Of a stretch of DNA of 64,000 bases, positions 39,785 through 51,456 are shown piece after piece. The notes under the pieces were generated by a model, which saw nothing but the letters and a program-made list of their open reading frames with translations, did not search any database and was not told where the DNA came from. The stretch spans positions 1,760,001 to 1,824,000 of the forward strand of contig NZ_JAQNDL010000001.1 in assembly GCF_028368995.1 (NCBI RefSeq), written 5' to 3'. Within the stretch, counting starts at the first letter, position 1. Every line of letters begins with the position of its first letter. The position numbers were made by a program, and so were the translations under genes. The DNA is from Nannocystis bainbridge. Its GTDB lineage: Bacteria > Myxococcota_A > Polyangia > Nannocystales > Nannocystaceae.

Positions 39785-42121
39785 ATGCATCCTCGATCTT
39801 CGCGTCTCATCACCACCGTCAGCCTCGCCGTCGTCGCCGCCTGCGACCCCGAGCACGCCCCGGAGCCGGCTCCTACCGCGCGTGAAGCCTTCCTCACCGC
39901 CACCCCCGGCCTCGACTGCCTCGACGACCTCAAGCTGCGCCTGCACCACGACGACGGCACCGTCGACGTCACCAGCGACCTCGAGCTCGGCCTCGGTGAG
40001 CTCGCCCGCCCGCGCGACCTCGTCGAGCTCTCCTTCACCGTCACCCCCGCCTGCGCCGCCGATCACCGCCGCCTCACCCTCGCCGCCTACACCACGCAGG
40101 GCATCGGCCTCGGCCTCAACCCCGCCTATCCGCCGACCGCCTTCGACGTCCACACCACCCGCCTCGGCGGCGGCGACGGCTACCTCCTGCGCGCGCGCCT
40201 GCCGGACTGCCACTACGAGCTCGACCTCGCCTTCGGCGAGCCCATCGATGTCCAGCGCACGTACAAGGACACCTACGCCGCCGAGTCGCGGCTGATCTTC
40301 TCCGCCATCGGCGGCGACGAAAATTGTGACGAGGCCCCGCTCGCCGTCGATCGCTTCGATCCGGTCGAAGCCGGCTGGGGCGACGCGCCCGTGTCGGCCC
40401 ATTTCGGCTGGCGGCTCGACGCCGATCCCGCAGCCCAGCTGCGCTGCGAGCTCGACCTCGACGGCGACGGTCAGCCCGACCAGATCCTCGAGCCCTGCGA
40501 CCACACCACGGAGCTGATCAAGACCGCCGCGCTACCGCAGTGGACCTACGGCGTCGGCAAGCACCAGCCCGAGCTCGTCGTCACCGACGGTCAGCGGCGG
40601 GCCTGGGCCGGCACCGACATCTACGCCAACCACCTCGACTACAAGCCCGAAGTCCGGTTCCTCGAGGACCGGCCCGATTTCCTCGGCGCCGACATCACCG
40701 TCGCGCCTGCGCCCGACCTCAGCACGGTCGTCCTCCACTTCAAGGACGCCGGCACCCTCCCCGACGTCACCCCGGGCGAGATCGTCGTCGGTCACGGCGG
40801 CCCGCGCGGCTACATGCTGCGCGTCGAAGGCGTCACGATCGTCGACGCCGACCTCGAGCTCACCGGCCTCCCGGTCGGCCTCGACGATGTCCTCGCCGGC
40901 GGCTTCTTCGGCGCGCGCGACCTGCAGATCGACACCTCCCAGGCCCGCTGCGTCGAGGAGCCCTGCCCCGACGAGATCGTCCCCGCGCTCGACTTCCCCG
41001 CCAGCCTCGACGAGCCCGCGCCCGCCAAGCTCGCGCTCGACCAGGTCGTTCACCAGACCGAGCCCGCGCCCAACGGCCCCAAGTTCGTGTTCAAGGTCAC
41101 CGAAAACGGCGAGCTGCACCTCCAGCCCGGCCTCGAGATCGAGCGCTTCGAGCTCGACGTCGGCTTCTTCAGCATCCCCCACGCCGACCTCGCCATCGCG
41201 CCGGCGCTCGACATCACCATCGTCGTCAAGGCCGCGCTCACCCACTCGCTGGCGTTCGGCGAGATTTACCTCGGCACCTTGCCGCTCGCCGTCCCGCTGT
41301 CGGTCATGTTGCAGCCCGAGCTGCAGCTCGCCGCCGCCCTCAAGTTCACCGGCACGCTTCAGGCCCGCGGCCGCGCCAGCGCCGTCAAGGATCACACCGG
41401 CTGGCGCACCGACCTCGAGACCAACGTCGGCGGCTTCCTCGACACCTTCGGCGCCGCCATCGGCCCCGAAGTCCGGGCCACCTTGCTCGCCAAATTCGTC
41501 CTGACGCTCGGCTTCCTCGACGGCCCTTACATCGCCCCGCTGGCCAGCGTCGGCCTGCGCCACACCCTCGGCCACTCCCAGTGCGACACCTGCAACCAGG
41601 CCTTCTGGGAGGGCGGCGCCGAGTTCGGGTGGAGAGCGTTCGGCGCGGCGCTGTTCGATCCGATCAAGGTCATCCTCGCCGCCGGCGAGATCTGGAAGGA
41701 GTGCAACCCCACCTTCTGCGAGCCGCTCACCGGCGGCCCCGTCATCGTCAGCCCGCGCGACGGCGTCCTCCTCGATTGTCAGCAGTACCCACGCTTCAAG
41801 TTCCGGGCGCCCGGGGCCGCCACCACCGAGGACGTGAACAGCCCGCACCAGTTCATCATCGCCATCGAGGCCGACCACCAGATCCACGGCCCCTACGAGT
41901 ACGAGATCGACACCGCCTTCCGCGGCGGCCAGCCCGAATGGGACATCCAGTGCGTCCCGATCGGCGACGAAGGCTGGGGCGAGTGCACCTACACGCCGGC
42001 CGACAACCCGTGCCACCTCCACTCCGGTTCGAACTGGTCGAATCATTCGTGGCGCGTCACGGCCCACGTCCCGCCCGCCAGCGGCAGCCCCACCGCCAGC
42101 GCCACCTACGACGTGCCCTGA
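39785..42121 (+). CDS. Large multidomain lipoprotein of unknown function
   Basis: MHPRSSRLITTVSLAVVAAC lipobox; GC3 bias; beta-rich domains with paired Cys. Confidence 0.8.
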   Translation: MHPRSSRLITTVSLAVVAACDPEHAPEPAPTAREAFLTATPGLDCLDDLKLRLHHDDGTVDVTSDLELGLGELARPRDLVELSFTVTPACAADHRRLTLAAYTTQGIGLGLNPAYPPTAFDVHTTRLGGGDGYLLRARLPDCHYELDLAFGEPIDVQRTYKDTYAAESRLIFSAIGGDENCDEAPLAVDRFDPVEAGWGDAPVSAHFGWRLDADPAAQLRCELDLDGDGQPDQILEPCDHTTELIKTAALPQWTYGVGKHQPELVVTDGQRRAWAGTDIYANHLDYKPEVRFLEDRPDFLGADITVAPAPDLSTVVLHFKDAGTLPDVTPGEIVVGHGGPRGYMLRVEGVTIVDADLELTGLPVGLDDVLAGGFFGARDLQIDTSQARCVEEPCPDEIVPALDFPASLDEPAPAKLALDQVVHQTEPAPNGPKFVFKVTENGELHLQPGLEIERFELDVGFFSIPHADLAIAPALDITIVVKAALTHSLAFGEIYLGTLPLAVPLSVMLQPELQLAAALKFTGTLQARGRASAVKDHTGWRTDLETNVGGFLDTFGAAIGPEVRATLLAKFVLTLGFLDGPYIAPLASVGLRHTLGHSQCDTCNQAFWEGGAEFGWRAFGAALFDPIKVILAAGEIWKECNPTFCEPLTGGPVIVSPRDGVLLDCQQYPRFKFRAPGAATTEDVNSPHQFIIAIEADHQIHGPYEYEIDTAFRGGQPEWDIQCVPIGDEGWGECTYTPADNPCHLHSGSNWSNHSWRVTAHVPPASGSPTASATYDVP

Positions 42122-42139
42122 ACTCGCAGCAATGCCCGA

Positions 42140-42520
42140 CCGCGCCGCCTCGTCCTCTACCGCCTCGACGCTACCCGCATGCACGCGGCCTGGAGAGCCT
42201 ACTGCGACGCGGGGATCGACTACCTCCGCAAGCGCGTCTTCCCCTGGAACGCCAAGTTCATCGAGGCCAAGGGCCAACGGCGAGGCCGACAACATGAACC
42301 TCGAGGGCTTCTTTGGCAGCGCCGTGTACTACGGGGTCGGCTAGGGCCGTCCTGGCCAGCTCGCCCGTGGCTGGATCGACGACGGCGTAGTAGGTGCCCG
42401 GTCCGCGGCCAGCGAGGTTCGGATCGACCTTGGTGACAACCGTCTCGCGGAGTACGCCGCGGACGATGACGGTGCGATCGGAGAGCGCGTAGACGCCGTG
42501 GACATCGGCGCGAGCCGGTC
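42140..42520. pseudogene. Two convergent gene fragments joined near 42345
   Basis: + strand: RRLVLYRLD..WRAYCDAGIDYLRKRVFPWNAKFIEAK, frameshifting to ANGEADNMNLEGFFGSAVYYGVG*. - strand: VHGVYALSDRTVIVRGVLRE...GTYYAVVDPATGEL. Both have coding-like GC3 but no proper starts. Confidence 0.4.
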
Positions 42521-42737
42521 CCGCGGAGCAGCCTGCCCGGGGGGCGGTTCGGCCGGGGTTTTTTCCAGCGTTGGCGCTGACGGCGGACGGCGCGTCTCCT
42601 GCGCCCAGGCGCGCCGCGTCCGGGCGACGATGCGGCGGGCGGGAGTTGCTCCCTGCGCCCGCCGCCCGGCAGGAGCGCGGGCTCGCCCATCGCCGGAGTT
42701 TGGTCCATACGATCCGGGCCTGCACGCCCGTGTGCCC

Positions 42738-44066
42738 ATGGCCGATCTTTCCGACTCCACCTCCGGCGAGCGCGCGACCGAACCGCCGCTGTTCCTGGCG
42801 CTGACGCGGCTGCTCGCGCTGCCGGTCACGTCGGTCCGCGAAACCCTCGTCGAGGCCTGCGAGGTCGTAGCCTCGGTGATCGAGACCGATAAGGTGGACG
42901 CGTTCCTGCACGACGCCGCCCGCGATTCGCTGGTGGCGCTCGGGACCAATGATTCGCCGATGTCCCGCCTCCAGCGTGCTCTCGGCCTCGATTACATGCC
43001 GCTCAGCAACGGGGGCCGCGCCGCCGAGGTGTTCCAGACCGGCAAGCGCCACCTGTGCGACGACGTGCAGGCCGACCCCGGCGAGCTGCAGGGGATCAAG
43101 GAGGGGCTCAAGGTGCAGTCGTCGATCGCCGTGCCCATCGAGGTGCAAGGCAAGCGCCGCGGGGTGCTGATGGTGGCGGCCGCGACCCGAAACAAGTACC
43201 GCTGGAGCGACCTCGAGTTCCTGGCCGCCGTGGCCCACTGGGTCGGGGTGGTGACGCACCGCGCCGAGCTGGTCGAGGAGGCCACCCGCGTGGCCGCCGA
43301 GCGCGCGCGCCAGCGGACGGCCGAGGAGCTGGTCGCGGTCGTGGCGCACGACCTGCGCAACCTGATCACGCCGCTGGCCGCGCGGCTGGACGTGCTGACG
43401 GTGCGGGCGGAGGCAGAGGCGCGCGCGCCCGACGTCGACGAGCTGAGCAAGGCGAGCCGCGGGGTCGAGCGGCTGGCGCGGGTGCTGTCCAATCTCCTCA
43501 GCGTCGAGCGGATCGAGCGCGGCCTGTTCGACCTCCGGCTGCAGCTCGTCGACCTCGTCGAGCTCACCCGCGGCACCGCCGCGCTGTTCGCCACCGGCGG
43601 GCGGAGGATCGAGATCGAGGCGCCGCCGCAGGTGCTGGCGCGGGCCGACCCCGACGCGATGCGGCAGGCGCTCGAGAACCTGCTGCACAATGCGTCCTCC
43701 CACTCCCCCGAGGGGGCGGGGCTGTCGCTGACGATCCGCCGCGACCGCTTCGACGGCGCCAACTGGAGCCTCGTCCGCATCCGCGACTTCGGGCCCGGCA
43801 TCCCCGCCGAGCTCCTGCCGACGCTGTTCGACCGCTTCGCCCTCGGACCGAAGTCGTCCGGCCTCGGCCTCGGCCTCTACCTGGCCCGCAGCATCGTCCA
43901 GGCGCACGGCGGCACGCTGGTGGTCGAGCACGCGGACGGGCCCGGCGCCTGCTTTCGCCTGGCGCTGCCGATGTACGAGCCGACCGTCGGCGAGTCCGCC
44001 GAGGCGACGTGCGGTGGGCGCGAGGGCCGGCGCGAGGGCGACGGCGGGCCGGCTTCGCACACATGA
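42738..44066 (+). CDS. GAF-domain sensor histidine kinase (orphan)
   Basis: GAF (SSIAVPIEVQGKRRGVL), H-box AHDLRN, ENLLHNA, DFGPG, GLGLGL. Confidence 0.92.
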   Translation: MADLSDSTSGERATEPPLFLALTRLLALPVTSVRETLVEACEVVASVIETDKVDAFLHDAARDSLVALGTNDSPMSRLQRALGLDYMPLSNGGRAAEVFQTGKRHLCDDVQADPGELQGIKEGLKVQSSIAVPIEVQGKRRGVLMVAAATRNKYRWSDLEFLAAVAHWVGVVTHRAELVEEATRVAAERARQRTAEELVAVVAHDLRNLITPLAARLDVLTVRAEAEARAPDVDELSKASRGVERLARVLSNLLSVERIERGLFDLRLQLVDLVELTRGTAALFATGGRRIEIEAPPQVLARADPDAMRQALENLLHNASSHSPEGAGLSLTIRRDRFDGANWSLVRIRDFGPGIPAELLPTLFDRFALGPKSSGLGLGLYLARSIVQAHGGTLVVEHADGPGACFRLALPMYEPTVGESAEATCGGREGRREGDGGPASHT

Positions 44067-44081
44067 GAGGAGGCTGGCCGG

Positions 44082-44441
44082 GTGTCCATCGCCGTAAATA
44101 CCGATGACGACGGCTCCGGGGTCGGTCTCGTCACCGTCGACGAGGCGGTGGTCGCCGAGTTGAGGTTCGCCGAAGGATCGGCGGCCTGGGAGACAGCGGA
44201 CTTCTCGGCCCTCGGTCCTGCGCAGGCGCAGGCGGTCGCCGCCAGTATCGTGCAGGTCTGGCATGAAGACGCGGTCATCGAGGCGGCGCTGATCGGCGCT
44301 GCGCGTGGCGTCGGATCGTGGGAGCGCCGGTCACTCGGACCCGAGCAAGGGTCGCTCCCACCGAGCTCGCGGTCCGGAAGCTCGACGAACCGGTCACCAT
44401 CGGGCACACGCGCCGCTGAACCGCCGACGAGGCGGGCGTGA
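44082..44441 (+). CDS. Small hypothetical protein or fragment
   Basis: GAGGAGG RBS and GTG; the first ~80 aa look coding, the tail is degenerate. Confidence 0.35.
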   Translation: MSIAVNTDDDGSGVGLVTVDEAVVAELRFAEGSAAWETADFSALGPAQAQAVAASIVQVWHEDAVIEAALIGAARGVGSWERRSLGPEQGSLPPSSRSGSSTNRSPSGTRAAEPPTRRA

Positions 44442-44475
44442 CAGCGCTCGTCGGCCGGGGTAGGCTTGACGGGCC

Positions 44476-45579
44476 ATGCGTCGTCTCGCCCCCGCCGCTG
44501 CCCTCGCGCTCGCCTGCGGGACAGACAGCCCGCCGGCGTTCTCGACGGGCCCGGGCGTGACCTCCGTGGCGCACACCTCGACCAGCTCGGGCAGCACGAC
44601 GACGTCGACCTCGACGTCGAGCTCGACCAGCGGCGGCGCCGAGGACAGCGCCGCCGCGAGCAGCTCGGGCGCGGCGTCGACGTTCGACATGCAGCTGCCG
44701 CCCGACCTCGGCGACCCGACGCCCGCGGGCTGCAAGGGCAAGATCGATTTCGTGTTCGCGATCTCTGCCCTCGGGACGATGAAGACCGAGCAGGACCAAC
44801 TGGTCGCCAGCCTGCCCGGCTTCATGGAGACGATCGCCGACGACTTCGCCGGCTTCGACGCGCACGTCGTCTCGATCAACACCGACGGCTCATGGCGGGG
44901 CACTCAGTGCGAGTCGCCCGACTTCTGCCTGAATATCGGCAACTGCGGTCAGCACGCGCTCAACTACGAGTGCGGCAAGTACGTCGAGCAGGTCTGGACT
45001 TGCGACAAGACCCTGGGCGCCGGACTCATCTTCAACGCCGGGGCCTACGCCTACAACAAGCCCTGCGACCTCTACGGCGGGAACCGCTACATCATCGACG
45101 GGGAGCCGGATCCGGTCGAAGCGTTCAAGTGCATCACGCAAGTGGGCACGTTTGGCAAGGATCCGCCCCTCGCCGACTCGCTCGTCGCAGCGCTGTCACC
45201 CGAGCTCAACGGGCCCGCGGGCTGCAACGCGGGTTTTCTGCGACCCGACGCGCTCCTGGTCTTCGTGTTCATCATGGACAACGAGGACGACGAGTCGATC
45301 CTGAGCCCGAAGAAGGCCCATGACGCCATCGTTGCGGCGAAGGGTGGCGACGAGGACGCCGTGGTCGCGCTCGCCATCGTGCCGCAACTGCTTCTCGACG
45401 AGCCTGTCCCGGGATGCACCTACAACGAGCCTCCCGGGCCGCAGCACCTCACCGACGTGATCGAGCTGTTCCCATACAACGACCAAGGCGACGTGTGCGC
45501 GGACGAGTATTCGACGTTCTTCAACGGCGCCGCCGCGAGCCTCGTTCACGAGGCGTGTAACAGCTTTATCCCGCAGTGA
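44476..45579 (+). CDS. Cys-rich lipoprotein with a vWA-like domain (myxobacterial family)
   Basis: Lipobox ALAC; Ser/Thr stalk; GCKGKIDFVFAIS...EQDQL, CNAGFLRPDALLVFVFIMDNED. Confidence 0.82.
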   Translation: MRRLAPAAALALACGTDSPPAFSTGPGVTSVAHTSTSSGSTTTSTSTSSSTSGGAEDSAAASSSGAASTFDMQLPPDLGDPTPAGCKGKIDFVFAISALGTMKTEQDQLVASLPGFMETIADDFAGFDAHVVSINTDGSWRGTQCESPDFCLNIGNCGQHALNYECGKYVEQVWTCDKTLGAGLIFNAGAYAYNKPCDLYGGNRYIIDGEPDPVEAFKCITQVGTFGKDPPLADSLVAALSPELNGPAGCNAGFLRPDALLVFVFIMDNEDDESILSPKKAHDAIVAAKGGDEDAVVALAIVPQLLLDEPVPGCTYNEPPGPQHLTDVIELFPYNDQGDVCADEYSTFFNGAAASLVHEACNSFIPQ

Positions 45580-45612
45580 GCGCCCAGCGGGCGAAGCGCG
45601 ACCGGGCGGCGT

Positions 45613-47271
45613 TCACCGGGCGACGCGCGACGCCCGGGCCTGGCGCACGCCGCCGAGCGTTCGCTCGCCGATCAGGTACACCTGCTCGTAAGCGTCGAGG
45701 GCGAGCCCGTGCGCGGCCGAGGGCTCGGTCCCGATGATGAAATGATCGAAGTTGAGGCCGGGGAGCTCGCGGCCGTAGAGCGCGCCGCGAAGGCCGTCGC
45801 CGACATCCACGACGCCAGCGAACAGGAGCGCGCCGTGAGCGGTCCATGCGACGCCCGTCCCGTACGCGACCGATGCCGGCAGCTCGCTCGTGTAGTACGT
45901 CCTCTTGCTGCCGTCGAACGCCTGCACGGTGATCCGCTGCATGCTGCCGTCGTCGATGCTCTCGGAGCCGGTGACGACGACGCCGCCGTCGGGGTGCTGT
46001 CCACCCGCGAGGAACATGCTGTGGCGCCACACGTTCACCGACTCGGCAACCGCCGCCGGGCCGAGCTCCGCGCCGGTGTTCACGTCGAGGCGCACCACTA
46101 TGCCGCGGCTCCTCTCCTTGTTGAGTAGCCCGTCGTGTTTCCCCGTGCTCGCGCCGACCACCCACGCGACGCCGTCGGCGACGACGACGTCGAACGCGAG
46201 ATCGTCGAAAGTGTGCTTGAGGTCCGCCTGTCCCTCGGGGAAGTAGTCCCACAGCTTCGCGCTCGCCGTGGCCACGTCCTCGCCGCTCATCCGCCAGTAC
46301 ACGACGTCCATGTCACCGAGGCCCGATCCGCCGAACCCCACCGCGAAGAAGCCGCCGTCGTCGGTCACGCCGATGCCCCGCACCGTGGCGCCGGGCTCGG
46401 TCGGCGCCTCGATGCCGGTCGCGTGGCCGTCGGCGTCGAGCAGGACGATCCGCGGCTGCCACTTCTTGTTCGGGTTCACGACGTTCATCGCCACCCACAT
46501 CCACCCGTCGGCCCGCACCGCGATCGCGTCCGCCGAGCCCTCGCGCGTGTCGAGAACGATCGTCCCCTCGGCCCACATCTCGCCGCCGTTGGCCGCCGAG
46601 CGCTTGCGGATCGCCGGCTTCATCACGCCCTCGACCTCCACCGCGCCGACCTCGATCAAGTCGCCCTCGGCAGTGGCGGCCGCCCGTCGCGTCGTCGAGG
46701 CCGGCGGGGCGAGCACCGCCCAGGCTTGCCCGCCGGGCGCCGGCGTCGACACCGTGAACGGCACCGGCGGCCAGCTGGCGGCGAGCGGCCCGTGGGTCGC
46801 GCTCACCTCGACCACGTGGTCGCCGTTGTCGACGGAGCCGTAGCACGGCGCGAGGCCCAGCCAGACGCCGCCGCCCTGATCCTCGAACGGCTGCAGCTCG
46901 ACCCCGTCGAGCGTCGCGCGCACGGCCGTCGCGTGCTCGGCGTGCACTGTCACCGTGACCGGCCCAGCGAGGTGAACCGAGGCGGGCACATCGACGGACA
47001 GGATTTGCGGCAGCAGCAGCTCGCCGTCGACCGCGGTGGTCGGGCCCGCCTCGCCGGAGCTCGAGACCTCACCGGTGGCGGTCGCCTCGGAGCTGCCCGT
47101 CCATGGAGCGGTCGTGTCCTCGACGCCGGTGGTCCCCGTCGTCCCGCTGCCCTCGCTACCTGTCCCCATGGACATCTGAGCGTCGTGGGCCAGGAACGCA
47201 GCGTAATTCGGCGCATCACGACATGAAGCCAGCGCGAGCAGGACGACGACCAGGGCCGATTGGCGAGCCAT
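45613..47271 (-). CDS. Lipoprotein with an Ig-like and a beta-propeller-like region
   Basis: MARQSALVVVLLALASC lipobox; Thr/Ser stalk; repeated xAxxxDG..VxG strands. Confidence 0.82.
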   Translation of the reverse strand: MARQSALVVVLLALASCRDAPNYAAFLAHDAQMSMGTGSEGSGTTGTTGVEDTTAPWTGSSEATATGEVSSSGEAGPTTAVDGELLLPQILSVDVPASVHLAGPVTVTVHAEHATAVRATLDGVELQPFEDQGGGVWLGLAPCYGSVDNGDHVVEVSATHGPLAASWPPVPFTVSTPAPGGQAWAVLAPPASTTRRAAATAEGDLIEVGAVEVEGVMKPAIRKRSAANGGEMWAEGTIVLDTREGSADAIAVRADGWMWVAMNVVNPNKKWQPRIVLLDADGHATGIEAPTEPGATVRGIGVTDDGGFFAVGFGGSGLGDMDVVYWRMSGEDVATASAKLWDYFPEGQADLKHTFDDLAFDVVVADGVAWVVGASTGKHDGLLNKERSRGIVVRLDVNTGAELGPAAVAESVNVWRHSMFLAGGQHPDGGVVVTGSESIDDGSMQRITVQAFDGSKRTYYTSELPASVAYGTGVAWTAHGALLFAGVVDVGDGLRGALYGRELPGLNFDHFIIGTEPSAAHGLALDAYEQVYLIGERTLGGVRQARASRVAR

Positions 47272-47272
47272 A

Positions 47273-47570
47273 TCAGAAGGCATACACGACTCCAGCGCCG
47301 CAGGCGCGAACTCGCGCCCGTGAGGCCGCGCGCGGCCTCACGATGAGCACAGCCAAACTTGTAAGCAGGATTACACCTCCGACGATACCGATGGCCATCG
47401 CGGTCCCGTCGAGTCGGCGATAGCGGTTGTTCGCATCCTCGACCGCCGCCACCTCGCCGGGCATGAACTCGCGGCCCACTGCGTTCGCGTCGATCGTGGC
47501 GATCACCTCGTTGGCGCGAGCGCGGCCCGCGAGTGCGCCGGCCATCCAGCCCCGCATACCCAGGCCCACG
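47273..47570 (-). pseudogene. 3' remnant of a membrane-anchored (TPR/PEGA-type) gene
   Basis: Hydrophobic helix AMAIGIVGGVILLTSLAVLIV and terminal strand GAGVVYAF*; the stop lies 1 nt before the lipoprotein ATG; the 5' part is missing. Confidence 0.5.
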
Positions 47571-47630
47571 GCGCCCTCGCAGCGCCTCGTCCCTCCGGCG
47601 AGGCGGCCGCGTCGAGCCGCGATCGATGCG

Positions 47631-48992
<1,362 letters not shown>

Positions 48993-49270
48993 CGCCTACG
49001 CCTACGCTCAAACGCCGGCGAGGGCAACGAGGCGCCCCCCGGCCCGGCCCGTGCACGGCCCCGCCACCGCGAACGCCCGCCCGCGGACGGCCGCGCCACA
49101 AGCCCGGCGCCCGGCCGCGACCTGTCCCTTTCGCCATGTCGCCCGCCCGCGCCGAAGTGCTGGTCCTCACGGGTCGCAGCGCGGGCGCGAAGGCGACCCA
49201 TGGCGCGCGCGGTGGCGCAGCGCGCCGCGACGTCAGGGCACCCGCGCCCGCACGAGGATCGGCGCCGCCC

Positions 49271-50254
49271 TCACGACTTCGGCGCGAACAGCTCGCCGCT
49301 GAAGCGGCCGCGATCGTGCGCCTGCTCGAGGTTCGAGATCGGGCCGAGCGGGACGATGCGCGTCGGGTTCACCTGCGGGTGGCTGCGATAATAATGCTCC
49401 TTGATGTGATCGAGCCGGCACAGCGCGGCCACCCCGGGCAATTGATAGAGGTCGCGCAGGTAATTGGAGAGCTGCGGGTAATCGACGATCCGCCGCAGGT
49501 TGCACTTGAAGTGCCCGTGGTAGACCGGGTCGAAGCGCAGCAGCGTGGTGAACATGCAGAGGTCGGCCTCGGTCACGACCTCGCCGCACAGGAAGCGCTG
49601 GCCTGCGAGCACGCCCTCCCAGTGATCGAGCGCCGCGAACAGCTCGCGCACCGCCGCCTCGTACGCGGCCTGCTCGGTGGCGAAGCCGGCCCGGTACACC
49701 CCGTTGTTGATCGGCCCGTAGATCTTCTCGATCGTGCGATCGATGCTGCGCTGCAGCGGCCGCGGATAGAGCGTGATGGGCCGGGTGTGCAGCGCCGCGA
49801 ACTCGACGTCGAGCATGCGCAAGATCTCGCGCGACTCGTTGCACACGATCGTCGCGCGCTCGCGGTCCCACAGCACCGGCACCGTGGTGCGACCGCTGAA
49901 GCCCGGGTCGGCCCGCAGGTAGATCGAGCGCAAGAAGCGGGCCCCGAAGATCGGGTCGGGCACGCAGCCGTCGCGGTCGGTGAAGGCCCAGCCGTCGTCA
50001 CCCATGAACGGATCGACCACCGAGATCGAGATCGTTTCCTCGAGGCCGAGCAGCCCGCGCGCCAGCAGGGTCCGGTGGGCCCACGGGCACGCGTGGGCGA
50101 CGTAGAGGTGGTAGCGACCGGCGAGCGCCGGGAAGCCCGAGCTGCCGTCGGCCGTCACGCGCTCGCGGAACTGCGACTCCTGGCGCACGAAGTTGCCGGC
50201 CTCGTCCGGCTCGTACCACTTCGTCGTCCACACCCCGTCGATGAGCATGCCCAT
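49271..50254 (-). CDS. yqjG: Glutathionyl-hydroquinone reductase (GST omega-like, YqjG/ECM4)
   Basis: RYHLYVAHACPWAHR, TVPVLWD, NESREI, INNGVYRAGFA, RFDPVYHGHFKCN, HIKEHYYRSH..NPTRIVP. Confidence 0.93.
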   Translation of the reverse strand: MGMLIDGVWTTKWYEPDEAGNFVRQESQFRERVTADGSSGFPALAGRYHLYVAHACPWAHRTLLARGLLGLEETISISVVDPFMGDDGWAFTDRDGCVPDPIFGARFLRSIYLRADPGFSGRTTVPVLWDRERATIVCNESREILRMLDVEFAALHTRPITLYPRPLQRSIDRTIEKIYGPINNGVYRAGFATEQAAYEAAVRELFAALDHWEGVLAGQRFLCGEVVTEADLCMFTTLLRFDPVYHGHFKCNLRRIVDYPQLSNYLRDLYQLPGVAALCRLDHIKEHYYRSHPQVNPTRIVPLGPISNLEQAHDRGRFSGELFAPKS

Positions 50255-50349
50255 GGCTCCGGTCCTCCGCGGCGACAACCATGATCGAAAACGCCGGCCG
50301 GGCCACCGCCGCCAGCACGCCCCCGGGAGCCCGAATCCGGGTTCGGCGG

Positions 50350-51078
50350 TCAACCCCCGTCGAGCTGCTGCAGGGCCATCGAGTACAGCTCGCTCTCGGT
50401 GAGCTGAGCGAAGCGCGCGAGCGACTTGAGCTGACCCTCCAGCTGCGGCAGCAGCAGCATCGCCGCGATCATCGTCAGCTTCCTGAGCCCGTCATCGCGC
50501 GCCGCCATCCCGGCGGCGAGCAGGCCGAGCTGGTGCAGCGCGTTGCGCACGGGCGCATAGCTGAAGGCGCCCGCGTGCTCGCGGATCCACGCGCGGATGG
50601 CCTCGATCGCCGGGGTCAGATCCTGGTCGCGGCCGAGGACCTCGATGGCGCCGTGGATCGAGACCGGCCCCTGAAAGAACGTGCGCAGCAGGTCCCGCTG
50701 GCCGCGCAGCGACGCGTAGGCGTTCTGGATCACGTAGTCGGGCGTGCGCACCACCAGCGCCCCCGGGACCGCGACCAGGCTCGCCTCGCCCGCGATGACG
50801 ACCCCGAACTCCTGGGCGACCCGCTCGATCTCCGGCTTGCAGCGCGGACGCTCGCGGTACAGCTCGACGAACAGCGTCTCGTCGAGCATGCCGTTGCGCT
50901 CGAGCGTCATGGTGACGCCGTGCGCCAGCAGTTCGGCGGTGACGACCTCGGGCGGGATCTGGTTGGCGATCTGTCGCCCGCCCCACTCGGCGATGAATTT
51001 GCGCAGTTGCGGCGGCTCGAACAGCTCGAGCAAGAGCGACTGGATCAGCTTGAGTTTCTCGGCGGCGAATTTCAGCAT
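50350..51078 (-). CDS. Hypothetical protein with an N-terminal effector-associated/Death-like helical domain
   Basis: LLLELFEPPQLRKFI...IANQIP...LERNGMLDETLFVELYRERPRCKPEIERVA; helical C-terminal region. Confidence 0.7.
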   Translation of the reverse strand: MLKFAAEKLKLIQSLLLELFEPPQLRKFIAEWGGRQIANQIPPEVVTAELLAHGVTMTLERNGMLDETLFVELYRERPRCKPEIERVAQEFGVVIAGEASLVAVPGALVVRTPDYVIQNAYASLRGQRDLLRTFFQGPVSIHGAIEVLGRDQDLTPAIEAIRAWIREHAGAFSYAPVRNALHQLGLLAAGMAARDDGLRKLTMIAAMLLLPQLEGQLKSLARFAQLTESELYSMALQQLDGG

Positions 51079-51456
51079 GGCTACGAGCGTGGTGCGCCGC
51101 GGACCGGCGGACGATCACCTCGTAGTGCGTGACCCAGCTCCGCTGCCGGCCATCGGCCCCGATCATGACCGCGGGTCTGCTGGCGCTCCGCCCGATTGGC
51201 TGCGCCCTCGCTCCGCTCGTCGGCGACATAACCGCCGCGCGGACGAGTGAGTCGGCCGCGATCGTTGACCTGTCCTTCGAGACATCTCCTATCAACGACG
51301 ATCGTATCACGCTGAGCGTGAGGACCGGCGACGTTCGGCTGAACCCGCAACCGCTCGCCTCGACCGCCAGGGTCCTCGCAACGCGAGGACCGCGTCGAGC
51401 GGCACGCACCGCGATCGCCCGCCACGGGGCGCGCGAGCGCCCCGCTCGCATGACGA

